A stretch of DNA of 63,773 nt, counting the filler, from Lenisia limosa (taxonomy: Eukaryota; Protista; Breviatea): the NCBI GenBank assembly GCA_001655205.1. It is 4 parts of 4 records of this genome, joined end to end, with 100 filler letters (N's around TTAATTAATTAA, not from the genome) between each part and the next. Parts side by side here need not be neighbours in the genome. Positions count along the whole stretch, not along the records: positions 1 to 25,126 come from LPNZ01002923.1; 3 more parts are not named here. One strand, written 5' to 3'. How positions within the stretch are numbered: position 1 is the stretch's first letter; each line of letters starts with the position of its first letter. Both the position numbers and the translations under genes were made by a program. The notes below the pieces were generated by a model. It made no database searches. It was not told where the DNA came from and worked only from the letters and a program-made list of their open reading frames with translations. Below are positions 13,527 to 25,226 of this stretch, piece after piece.

Positions 13527-13891
13527 TGAAGGCATACACCGTTGCTCCGAAAAATCAAGCTAAGAGCCTTGATTTGAAATGTGAAATTTATTAATGCTTG
13601 TCTTATAATGTGTGAATCTTCCTTGTAGCATCAGTAGCATTATTTACATGAACACATTACAGTCGCCCACCGCCCTTACTCCAAGGGTTCAAGCCCAAGG
13701 CTATCTTTTTCTCTACCATTAAAGCCTCATTTTTTAGGATAATCACTAATTGCAGGGATTTATCAATTTTTTTAATAGGTAGCTGCTGTTTTTTCTTTCT
13801 CTGAAGTATGTCATCTGATGGCCCCCTGGTATGTTGACAAGGAATTCATTTTTCTAAGAATTTTGTAATGAAAAAAAATTGACTTTTTTTG

Positions 13892-14170
13892 GAGGCCGTC
13901 CGCTGCTTGAGTACGTTTGAGAAGTGGCTTGCTGCGCGGTCAGTACGCACCAACTTAGCCACGCTCCCCAAGGAAAACCTCATGGATGCTTTGACAAAGT
14001 TCCTCCAGCAGTTGCAGAAGGCGCGCCAACTGGGAAAGGTATGCTAGGATGTTTTACATTGTCAATTTAGTATTGCCGAATATGAAGAAGGAACCTTGCA
14101 TTGTAGAAGATTACTACTCCTAATTGCTCTTTCTTGATTGTTAGTTTTAACAATGTCAGGGTTCCGTTCG
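13892..14170 (+). mobile_element. Tyrosine recombinase remnant A (N-terminal domain plus first catalytic Arg), with an intron
   Basis: EAVRCLSTFEKWLAARSVRTNLATLPKENLMDALTKFLQQLQK resembles the core-binding domain. A GT-AG intron lies at 14039-14070, followed by LLVLTMSGFRS (G.R box). Stops and a frameshift are present. Confidence 0.45.
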
Positions 14171-14419
14171 TAAATGGAAGAATCATTTAGCCTGGGCCAG
14201 TGAACGGTACCAACACTTGCCCCTGATTGGAACAGCCATGAACACTTATGCACCATTTCAAGCCATCTGTGTTGCTGCCAAGTGCCATGAGAAGGTATCC
14301 GTAATAAATAATAAGTCAAGATTCTTTTTTGGGAAATCTGACTTCATATTTTCAGTCATGATATGATATCATATTCGTATCATATGCAATTTTATGCAAT
14401 ATGGTAGACTTTTTTAAAC

Positions 14420-15120
14420 AAGAGTGTACCGAAGGGAGTGAGTTGGGAGAACTTGTCGCGGATGTTGGCCTCCATGGTGAGCTCGACAAAGAGAAGGCAA
14501 ATCGCCTTATTATGCTTGACCGATTCGTCACAGGTGAACTCGTAGGAATCGGTCTAAAATAATAGCAACAGTTATTTCCACTACCCGTAATAAAACGATC
14601 ACAACTTCGCGGTGGGGGTACGAGCCGCAGGAGGTCTTGGTGGCCCTGACTAGGATGAAGTCTTTGGGGGCATGGGAGAGATCGGAGGCGTCGAGGGCTG
14701 ACATGTATGGGGAATATCTCTCGGGAAGGGATATGATCTTCTCCTCGTTAATGAGCTTTTCACAGCGCGCAGGGACGCCTGGGTATAATAAAACAGCAGG
14801 AAGGAAAGCAACAAGCTGACGGCAATTTTTAGGGAACCCCCCCCCCCACATACCAACACGAATTTTTGACTTAGAGAAAGCCAACTTGCACTCCAGGACG
14901 TCACTTACGGCGCGGGTGAGGTTGGCAATGTCACTTGCGCGGAGGCCCCACAAGAAAGAAAGAGAGATTGTGAATGAAATGGATGAAATCAACTCAAGCT
15001 AAAGAAGAAAGAATAAAGTAAGTGTAGTCATACCGCCATCATTGTACAATAGAGGTTGCCGTGTTGGGCCTTGCATTCCTCCGTCTCAAGGTGTCGAAGC
15101 AACTTGGCGGCCTGTTGTAA
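14420..15120 (-). mobile_element. Tyrosine recombinase remnant B (Crypton-like, intron-containing)
   Basis: SLSFLWGLRASDIANL (Arg at 14939-41), then FSKSK, and THSLRYT (14429-40) after a frameshift. A 35-nt GT-AG intron at 14999-15033 joins MMA|LELISS in frame. The Trp/Tyr end is missing. Confidence 0.75.
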
Positions 15121-15469
15121 CTTCAGAACGTTTTTGGAACGCCTAAAATTGGCTAGTCTCTCCTAAACAAAAGTAAAACAATTTCTCTCAACTAGAGAGT
15201 ATTATAGACTTTTAGTAGCCCGCCATCAACCTTTCCCATTTTTTATTAAACTTGAGCAAATGAATTGCAAGCATTTATTAATACCATGTAAAACGTTTTT
15301 CAACCAACCCTTCCACATCCTGCTTGCGGTAGCTTCCCTTTGTGAGGGAAACCAACTTGGAGTCGGCTGGGTGGGAGTCCGCACCGCTCCGCTCGGCAAT
15401 GGCAGAGACGGTGACCATATTTTTGATTGTTGATCCCTATGACATCAACAAAATTTTTTGAAAAACGAT

Positions 15470-15995
15470 GTAACAAATGCAATACAAGGGGGGAGAGAAC
15501 AAATGCATTTGTTCCATCTTGTATTACATGTGTTCCACCTTATATTGCATTTGTTCCACCTTATATTGCAATACAATGCAATATAAGGTGGAACAAATGC
15601 AATATTTGGTAGCACAAATGCAAAATAAGGTGGAACAAACGCAATATAAGGTGGAACAAATGCAAAATAAGGTGGAACAAATGCAATATAAGGGGGGAAC
15701 AAAGACACTATAAGTTGGAACAAATGTAATAAAAGATAGAANNNNNNNNNNNNNNNNNNNNNNNNNNNNNNNNNNNNNNNNNNNNNNNNNNNNNNNNNNN
15801 NNNNNNNNNNNNNNNNNNNNNNNNNNNNNNNNNNNNNNNNNNNNNNNNNNNNNNNNNNNNNNNNNNNNNNNNNNNNNNNNNNNNNNNNNNNNNNNNNNNN
15901 NNNNNNNNNNNNNNNNNNNNNNNNNNNNNNNNNNNNNNNNNNNNNNNNNNNNNNNNNNNNNNNNNNNAAATACAATATAAGGTGAAACAAATCAA
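15470..15995. repeat. Head-to-head array of a 21-nt unit (AATATAAGGTGGAACAAATGC)
   Basis: About three reverse-orientation units at 15507-15570, then six or more forward units running into the N gap. Another unit follows the gap at 15968-15995. There are no unique spacers. Confidence 0.9.
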
Positions 15996-16429
15996 ACACC
16001 ACCCACTTTCTTTTTCCGCTCTCTTCGGGCGTACATTAAGAATCCGACCTGGTGGTCACAGATAACCTCATCCTGTGTCATCCCTACGTTTAATTACTCA
16101 AGTTATTATTTACCAACCCCTCTGCCTTCATGTCTACCCACAAACCAGAAAGCTTGGCCTTGGCTTCATCTATAGACAGCTTCCATCTATCTCTGGGCAG
16201 CCACAGAGAGAGGTTCCCGGAGGAGGCAAGCCTGTAAAGATAAAAACCAACAATTAAGCACAACCATATATCACCCAAGCAAACCGATGCAGAAGAAGAA
16301 TTGGGGGTGAAGAGGTTTTCCCTCACAAACTTCTCCTGGCTTTCTTTCTTCTATTTAATAATTACTTGTTGTTGAGAGCAAAAGAAAGGCATTTCGGGGA
16401 AAAGGGGAAAACAACAACAAAAAAAGATG

Positions 16430-17245
16430 TGCCTTCGTTCCTAACCTCATTGATGGCCTTCGAACGAAGGTTTTGGTATGCCTGGGTGGCAAGCTGTTCG
16501 TCGTCAGCAGCAAGGTCAGCAACGGCACTCAGCTCATGAGCTATGTCGACCAAATCATGGATAAAACAGTCATCCTCGACCTTGTTGCTCTTTACGAAGA
16601 GGAGCGAGACCTGCTCAGGCTGTGTCTCCGCTCTCGCCCATTACGCAGCCATTAATGGCCAGCCCCACCCCATCAAAGGATATTATGCAGCTCAAAGGTA
16701 AAAATGATTACGAGTCATACCTTACTATTATCCAGAATGATCCTGAACATCAACAAGGCAGTCCAAGCCAGTCAAACAGGCTCCCGATATATGTCGTCCG
16801 ACCAGTTTCACAAGCTCGTACGCACCCGCACCCCGACTAGCCCCAACAATAAGAATATCCTCGCAGGTTACTACGGAATCTGCCGCATGGCACTTTCCCG
16901 TCACCTTTACCTACGAGTCCTCTCCCCTCCTATCCCGTCCGTGCTCTCCGAGCCCTCCAAGCCGTCTTCTGCTGCCCCGACATGGGAACAGTCGTCAGGA
17001 CAAAAGTACTGTGTATTATCTTGCGCAGCGATCTGAAGAAGTCAGGGATGGATGACAAGGCTGCCGAAAAGTTCACCATCCACACACTCCGTCGCTCTCG
17101 TGCTACCGTCCTTTGCAACGAAAAGAAGAGATCACCTGAAACGGTTATGCGGGACTGTGGCTGGGCTCTCTCTGACAAGCCAAGAAATCATGTACTAATG
17201 AGGTATTTAAGTGTTATGTATAGAAGGAATATTTGTGTGCAATAA
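16430..17245 (+). mobile_element. Tyrosine recombinase remnant C with all catalytic boxes recognisable
   Basis: Pieces in order: CVSALAHYAAINGQPHP, ILAGYYGICR (Arg), YPVRALRA (CPVRAL-like), KFTIHTLRRSRAT (HxxR), DCGW, LMRYL (Tyr). They are spread over several frames with internal deletions. Confidence 0.85.
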
Positions 17246-19886
17246 CAAGAAGAATAAAACACGATTTGCTGCATAAGAGTGGTTAACATCGCTTTTATTC
17301 GAGATATGGAACAACAAATGGTGTCAATGTCTCAATTCCTCCTTATTACGTACTACGGGGGGAGAAAATGACAACCAAAAAAAATGGTTATGTATAAAAC
17401 GGTCAGCTGACCAGTTTCTATCAGGATTCTACCAGATTCTATCAAGATTCTATGAAAAATTAGGAGACTATTTCAAGTTCAGTTCATGTGAAACCCCCTT
17501 TTTACAGAAAACCTCTAAACCCATTATCGGCACCCCTCCCTCTGCGAACTCCTTTGTATCACTTGATGTGTTTATGTCTCCAACAACTGTATTAATACAT
17601 GATAGGGCTCTATGGGGGCTTTGGTCCTGATCTCAGAGAGATCAGACCAGAAAAGCCAGCATAGCACTCAATTACGTGTCACCTTACCATAGTATCACCA
17701 AAACGAAAATATGACTTTGTGATTTTCCCGAGGGTATATGATAATACTCTATGGTTAAACCGCGAACAAAAATTGGGGTGTTTCTTTCAAATGAGAGCAC
17801 AAGAGATTCCTTGTTAACCACCCTTTCAATATTATTTTTTTTACAAATTTCTCCCCAAAACACACATTGTAAAAGATTTTCAATCACTTGATCAGGGAAA
17901 TTGTACCATGAAGTTACCAATTTGATAGTCATAGCATATTTTGGTAATTTACTTCTCTTGAAGTGTTTTATTAATCTAGATGTTTCAAGTTCCTCCTTTT
18001 TTTCAAAAGTGTGTTGAAATCAAGACAAATATTAGAGTGATCCAGCAAGTTATTATTGTCATTTATTGGGAAAACGTGGTTGCTGCATTTGGAGAGAGTG
18101 AAAATTCTCTTTTAAAGAATAAATTTGAATCTCTTCTAAAAGGAGTCATAGGTTTTTTTTTGAAAGCAAACCGAGGTTTACCTTCCTTTTTGTCGACAAC
18201 AATGCTGGCTCATTTTTCAAATATTGATGAAGAAACTATCACTTTAACTGCTTTTCTCAGGTAGGTCACAAAAACCCAAATTGACAAGTCGTCATCCTCC
18301 AGTTTGTTTACAGTCACCTATGTTCTATGACCAAATCTACAATCACTAGATGAGTCCTTAAAACTACGGACATCATTCATATATATTATACTTATTCTGT
18401 TCAATGGTAGTACCAGAAGAGACAAACCTTGGTTCCATTCTGTCTTGTCGAGCCTTTGGACCTTGCGCTCCACCACGAGCGGTTGCTTCCAGCCGAACGC
18501 TGAGGAGGTGAAGAAGACAACTTCAAAGGACTTCTATCAACCCAAAAAGGACGCATCATACCATCATGATGCTGTGGGTTCTGACTGGTGAAACTGTCAT
18601 CTGGTCCAGTAAGCCCTGAAACATCGGAAGCCCCATCGGAAGTGCCATCGGAGTATATCATATCACACCATCCATATATCTGTGAATTTTCCTCTATCTG
18701 TGAAAACAAGCCAAAAGAACATTTTCCTTGATANNNNNNNNNNNNNNNNNNNNNNNNNNNNNNNNNNNNNNNNNNNNNNNNNNNNNNNNNNNNNNNNNNN
18801 NNNNNNNNNNNNNNNNNNNNNNNNNNNNNNNNNNNNNNNNNNNNNNNNNNNNNNNNNNNNNNNNNNNNNNNNNNNNNNNNNNNNNNNNNNNNNNNNNNNT
18901 TGTTATAACAATTCTCTTAGTTAATATATGCCATATTTTTAGCAAAATTTTCCGTATATTTCAAAAAAAAATCACAGAGAAAATTCACAGATATATGGAC
19001 GGTGTGATTTACAATACATGTGTGTACTATGTGACAACATAGTAGATGGTTAGTAGGGGAATTTGAATTCACAACGGGTATGTATTATTTCCCATCATAA
19101 TCAGGAGGAACCCCATCTTCGCCAGATTTGGGTTTAAGGGCAAGCCCATTGTTGACGGACGGATCAAGGAAGGACCTTAGATGGGGAAATGGGACAATTC
19201 AACATGTGCTCTCTTTGCACAAAAATCACTGAAAGAAACATATACAGACCAGGATAAGTCTTGACCTGTTTTCATTTGGAAATAACATAGCAAATAGGTC
19301 AAAACTTATCCCCGTCACTGTATGTACATGTACTAAATATACATCACATGTATAACCATGTGCACCGGGCCTTGGCTCATTCGTATTAAAGAGTACGATT
19401 CCTTTGCTGATGATAGCATAACCCCTTCACTTTCATCATTAACTTTCTTCACAATTCTCTCCTTTTGATGTTCTCGACTTTTGTTGGTGCCAAAATGCTG
19501 ACTTGCCTTTCATTAAAACAGCCCATATTATGGTTACACAAACTTATAAAATGAAATATAATATCATATCATATGCTGTATATGATCGAATTCCATAAGT
19601 TATTTTTTTCTAACAAATATTATTTTTTTAAAGTGCAGTTAGTAGTGGTCAAAAATCATTAATTTTTTTTATAATTTATTTTTCACTTGCCTAAGATGGA
19701 AAGTGTGAACTGAACTTAAAACAATGATGTAATTCTTTTTGAGTAAAAACGAATACAATGATGACTTTTCAGACATTCCTACTAAAGGACTTTGTGTATA
19801 GTACTATATGTGTACATGTATACGATAAAAAATATCTTCAAATAGGACCTTGACCTACCCTACCTTGCCAAAGCACAAAGCGTACA

Positions 19887-20185
19887 CCCTAGGGAAATTG
19901 GAAATGTCATATTTTTCGGGAAATTCGTCATATTTTTTCAAAATGACCATATTTCAAACAAATATCATATTTTATGCTGACGTCATGATCCTTTATGGGA
20001 CAAGGGGGGGGGGGGGAGAGAGAGAAAGGAACTTTGGTGACACGNNNNNNNNNNNNNNNNNNNNNNNNNNNNNNNNNNNNNNNNNNNNNNNNNNNNNNNN
20101 NNNNNNNNNNNNNNNNNNNNACATATAAATATGGCTTCTTTTTTTTTTCCATAAAAATATGACTTTTGCCCTTTCTCCTCCCCCT
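19887..20185. mobile_element. Putative MITE with a CCCTAGGGAAATTGGAAATGTCATATTTT terminus
   Basis: The left end is nearly identical to 25046-25126 (..ATGTCATATTTT..ATCATGATCC..GGACAAGGGGG). A possible inverted end AAAAATATGACTTTTGCCC lies at ~20153-20171. There is an internal gap. Confidence 0.4.
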
Positions 20186-20327
20186 GCCTGTCTCATAGCG
20201 GTTGTTTTTTCCAATATTTTAGTGTCTCCCGTCAAGCATTTGGGATCTTGGTTACCATAAGCCTTGTCCTTAGCATTGACTGAGCTCTTCTTTCGCTTGA
20301 CCCCGAGGATCTTCGACCTCATAATGT

Positions 20328-20460
20328 AACAAATGTAAGATTTATCAACAAATAATGTGACACATGTAAGTTTATCAACAAATACAACAAACACATGATT
20401 TGTCGAACAAATAATACAATAAATGCAAGATTTGTCGAACAAATAATTATGATTAGCCTT
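20328..20460. repeat. Degenerate ~33-nt tandem repeat, about 4 units
   Basis: Recurring (G)ATTTATCAACAAATA / GATTTGTCGAACAAATA spaced about 32-34 nt apart. Confidence 0.6.
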
Positions 20461-23400
20461 GGTCAGGAGAGGTCTGAAGGATTTGTCGAGGTTCACCCGG
20501 TTAATTATAATCGCTGGTGTAAAAATAAGGAAAGGCATCTCAATTAAAAATGAAACAGCGGGGCTTACCGTAAACGCCTGCTTCTCTTTCAGCTTCTTTC
20601 GGCATCCATTACGAATTTGACTCCTGCCATTATGTCATTCTCGTCGCAGCTCGAAAGGTATGTTGTGGGTTTTGCTGAATGGACAATCACTATGACGTTT
20701 GAGAATTTGTTAATGGTATGTAGGTCTGGGACAGAATGCGAGGTTATGTCAACATCAAGACCTTGAACAAGAACGGCGTGTCGATGGACACCAGATGGTC
20801 AAGGGTTTGAAGGGTATTCGTGTTGACCTGTCTCATTGTTGTTTTATAGCTTAATTGAGAAAGACACTTACCTTTTGGCTTGGGTTTAGTGCTCCTTGGA
20901 TTTGCTAACTTCGGTATCACCGATTCCCTTTCTTGTTTCTATCAACCGGTATCCACCTGGGGGATTACACGGCATACGTCTAAACTCACCACTTGATTTT
21001 TTGGCTGTTGGATCTGTGCTGAAACGTCAGGGCAAAGACTAGGGCTGGGCTTACTGCTCAAAGGGCCCGATCTTGACGGCTTCGCTATGCCGGCTCGAAC
21101 GGTGTCCTCGTCAAATGAGTCGAAACCCGAGTTGACACTCTTAATACTGTTATCTATAAAAGATGAGCACAGACAACCACACGCCGGATCTATATGATAT
21201 GATCCTAGTTTCAATTGAGACTTCACTGCAAAAAAAGCCAAACCCGAAAGTGTCTGAGAAAACGGCAAGAAAAGAGGCTGTTTGATGGATTCGGTTGACT
21301 CTTTTTGCTGACCCTGAGGTGTCAGAGAAATTAGCGAAAATTGGGATTTGCTCACAGTCCGTCTTCCAAACTGTGCGACAGGGAGCTTGTTGGCAGACTC
21401 GGGAGATTCGGGATCAAAAACACTCTTCTGAGAAATTAAAATGTAAGGAGTGCGACAATGGCAGCGGATCGAGGCTTCGGATCCCAGGAGAAAGGGGCCT
21501 TTAGTGTCAACAACGGATACAAATTCAATACCACCTTGACGGATTCGGAAAACTCAAGACTATTCTTGTTACCTGTTGACTCGAAATCATCCCCAGAAAA
21601 CGACTAAAGAACGGTGATTCACAATGGAGGGCAATGAACTTCATCTTCGAAACTCTCAACCTCTTCTTTTGGCGGAGGAACGGCTGCATCAGAAACTATT
21701 AAGGAAGCTGTGACGGTCAATCACATCAATTATATGGCGGGTAATTTTCCCTTCTTAGGTTGCCCAACTGATCGCCTCTCTTGTCAAAGCTCTCCTCAAG
21801 CTCATGCGCATCAATGTGGAGGCTGTTGACCGGCGTGATTGGCCGGACCTCCTGTGTGCCAAACGAAATGCCTTGACGGGATGGTGTTGCTGGTCTGAAC
21901 GATTCATCCTAGAGAGTTACGCCGTTCCAAATTCCCTTCCTGTCATATTACCAATTAGCTGAATTGCTCTTCCTCAATACCGGCAGTGGTTGCTCACCGA
22001 CAAATATATTTTATGATGGCCAACAAGAAAAATCACGGACTGCTTCTTTATTGTGTTTAAAAATGCGGCAGACAGGGAACGTGCTCTTTTTGGAAGAAGC
22101 CAACTCGAAGATCACCCTGATCCTGAACATTCCGTCGGTTAATTTTTTCTTCCATCCTTCCATCCAAGATATTTTAGATGACAGAGATCCTCCGCTACTT
22201 CATCGGCCAGCGCCAAAACACACCAGGCCAATTGATGACGTGATGGACTGCAGTGCCAAGACCCTAGACCCAATCGTAAGTGTTGCTTATTTGTTCTTAA
22301 ACGTTCGATTATGGGCATAAATTGTAGTGTTCGGTCTATTATGACTGCTGTGAACTGATATTGTAGGGATCGGTTCAAATTGTGGACATCCTTCGGCTCC
22401 GCGGAATAAAGGTTAACAAGATCGTAGGACTGAGTCTATGGTTGGAAACTTCTTTTTTTTGAACAGTTATTTTTACATTCGTATAAAGCGTTTCTTTTAA
22501 GGAGGTTAATCCGTAACAAATCCACAACCAAGACGATTCCGTCTACAACCAGATCCTATTCAAGATGCCAGAATGGAGAAAGGCAAAGCTTCCCCTTCCC
22601 CAAGACCCATTCAAGAAGGTCTTTGTTTACGCCACGGCTCACGCAGCTTCGATAAGGCCGTCGTCACCGCTGTGACACAGAAGTCTCGAGGTATGTGGCT
22701 GTTTTGTTTATCGTCAAGTCTAACTTAGCAGTCCCTTCTTCAGTCTGCTCATATTGTCACATTGTGTTTAATGATGTCATTACGGACTTCAAGAACAAGA
22801 TAAAGCTGCTTCGCGGGCCGCCTGCTCATATGACCAGTAATGAACCAACACATTATTGATGCTATTTGACATTGGATATTTCACGTCACCCCAGGAACCC
22901 ATGCTGCAAACAATAAGCTCATAGACCCGGTCCTACCATGGCCTCACGATGTGAATGGAACAGAGCGTCCCTGTAGAAAATGTCCTCAAGTCAAAAATNN
23001 NNNNNNNNNNNNNNNNNNNNNNNNNNNNNNNNNNNNNNNNNNNNNNNNNNNNNNNNNNNNNNNNNNNNNNNNNNNNNNNNNNNNNNNNNNNNNNNNNNNG
23101 CGTAATAATGATGCATATCAAAGGCAATGTTGTTTTTAGCATTCAGCATTTCGCCTCACGACAGTGATCAGAAATCTATCTGTTTCTCAGCATACGAATG
23201 AATGGCAAGACGGGAATTTTACACCAGCTCCTTGTGGGCCAGCCAACAATGTTAACAAAAATATCGTGTGAGAAAAACAATATCATCAAATATACTGCTC
23301 TTGCAACTCAGCAATCCTCGGAGAGTGGGGAAGAAGAACGATAACGGTATCTAAAAAGTCAACAAAACACCAACGTTTCAAACACAAACCTTGTCCCGTG

Positions 23401-24340
23401 GAGAGAGGGGTAACAAAATTGAACATCACTGTCTCGAATACAAACCACAAACAACGTCTGTTTCGGTGAAAACAAACTCGTCTCTGGTGCTGTGTTGATG
23501 AGGGCTTTCAACAAGAACTGTAGTAAATAAATAAAGCAGTATAAGTAAAGGGAGGAGAGGTACGAGTATGGTCTAGGGTGTTCAGAAGACTCCAAAAAAC
23601 CATGAAAGAGTAGTCCTCAGGATTCTCGTTATAAACAACGTTTTACTTGTATATAAACCCAATCTCAGGCTCAGCTTACCACAGGGAACTGTGCCTCAAC
23701 GCATTTGAATCTCTGCTTGGGCAAAAGTTGTTCACAAATCCATCTTTGACCTCCGTTATATTCCTATTTCGGCAAGTTTTTTCTTCTACTTGAGTAACCT
23801 CCAAAAAAGGTTTCACGTAATTGAGTAGGATGGCAACATGGGCCTCCCGCTCTTCCATTATGACTTTTTTTTTACGAACAAAGGAATAAAAACAAATCGG
23901 TACCTAAAAGCTACAGCGCCGTGAGGATGGGTTTGTTCCAATTTTTGGCCTTTTTACAACGACTTTCTTGAAGATGTCAGGTGTGTGTACTCTTGGGTCG
24001 AATATAAAGTGTTAGAGAATCTACGCAGCATCAATTCGGCAACCCCTCCCTAAGCAGCAAGATTAGCCCATTTTAGCCTCGGTTTGGCCACAAAACCATA
24101 TTCGTGCAAAAATTTGTATGTAGTAAACCTCCTTATGAGATGATTTTCCGGGTAGTGGCAATAATTACCCAAAATTTGTATCAATTTTTCGCGTAATTAA
24201 AAAAAGGACTCAACCACCTTGAGGATATTTTCGCATTTTTTCAACTTTTTACGAAAAACTACCCTGCGGAAATATCCCGAAGCACTTTTATTATTATTTC
24301 TGAACCTCCTCAATTATCATAACATGTGGATCTTGCTAAG

Positions 24341-24964
24341 ATATAACGACAAAGCCAGCTTGGGTCACCTTTTTAGATATTGTCATCTAATTGAGCTATT
24401 CTCTGCTGATAGAGAAACAGTCTTTTTTAATGTACTCAGAAAACAAAAAGCAGTTATTGAACCAGCTGACTTTAGTATTGCATTGAGGGGTTATTTACAA
24501 ATTATTTATTACAGAGTTGGTATGTTCACATCCAGGACTTGCCTTTTTGGATGGTACCCCCGAATTTCAAGAAAGATATGGTTTGATTTATTGACTTATG
24601 TTGTTGAAACTGTAATAGTTCGCTTCTTTTATGATTGTAATTTAATGGGAGACTGGAAAATGACACTAAATGATGTTAAGCGATCATGTTTATTAGATGT
24701 CTGGGATGAGGTGACTTGTATTATTCTTTTATCCCACTGTTTAGGTTGATGGTCAGAATGATGTTAATCTTGTTTCAAGATTTTTTAGTTATGAACACTT
24801 CTACGTTTTATACTGTAAGTTCTGGGAACTTGATAATGATCATGATCTCGAAGTTTGTCTTTTCATGTTACTTGGTTTCAAGAGAGGATGTTGCTAAATA
24901 TAATGAGTATGCTCTTTCACCAAAGGCTTTAGACCGTATTTTTTCTGGTGTTCCCAGGAAATTG
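24341..24964 (+). CDS. PPP2R3: PP2A regulatory subunit B'' (PR72/PPP2R3 family), central fragment with five exons
   Basis: Spliced translation: ..FSIALR|[22 protein letters not shown]|[24 protein letters not shown]|[36 protein letters not shown]|[43 protein letters not shown] and [19 protein letters not shown] are family hallmarks. The 5' and 3' parts are not visible, so it may be a fragment or pseudogene. Confidence 0.9.
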
Positions 24965-25126
24965 GTTTGTATCCTTTTTTTTCTTATGTATTATTCGACG
25001 AGGTACAATTTAGCCTCAAAATAACACAAATCAAATACGGTTTGTCCGTAGGGGAAATTGGAAATGTCATATTTTTGGGAAATTCATATTTTATGCTGAT
25101 ATCATGATCCTGACAGGACAAGGGGG

Positions 25127-25226
25127 NNNNNNNNNNNNNNNNNNNNNNNNNNNNNNNNNNNNNNNNNNNNTTAATTAATTAANNNNNNNNNNNNNNNNNN
25201 NNNNNNNNNNNNNNNNNNNNNNNNNN
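25127..25226. other. Artificial contig joint (N44-TTAATTAATTAA-N44)
   Basis: A stop-in-six-frames linker at 25171-25182 is centred in a 100-nt gap. Confidence 0.9.

Noticed and set aside
13680-13705. GGGTTCAAGCCC T-loop-like motif as a tRNA
   Set aside because: No acceptor stem, D-arm or anticodon arm could be folded around it.
15470-15995. 21-nt repeats as a CRISPR array, or the ORFs 15445..16002 and 15477..15713 as proteins
   Set aside because: The units are contiguous with no unique spacers. The ORFs are just repeat translations (FVPPYIA / QMQYKVE) plus Ns.
16430-17245. DIRS/Ngaro retrotransposon
   Set aside because: The YR has DIRS-like motifs, but I found no RT (Y.DD) or RNase H motif and no split or inverted terminal repeats nearby.
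1-25126. Endogenous Polinton-like virus or virophage
   Set aside because: YR and GIY-YIG genes fit, but I recognised no capsid, packaging ATPase, protease or pPolB motif, and the remnants contain spliceosomal introns.
25171-25182. TTAATTAATTAA as a biological palindrome or TTAA target site
   Set aside because: It is centred in equal N blocks three times, so it is an assembly linker.
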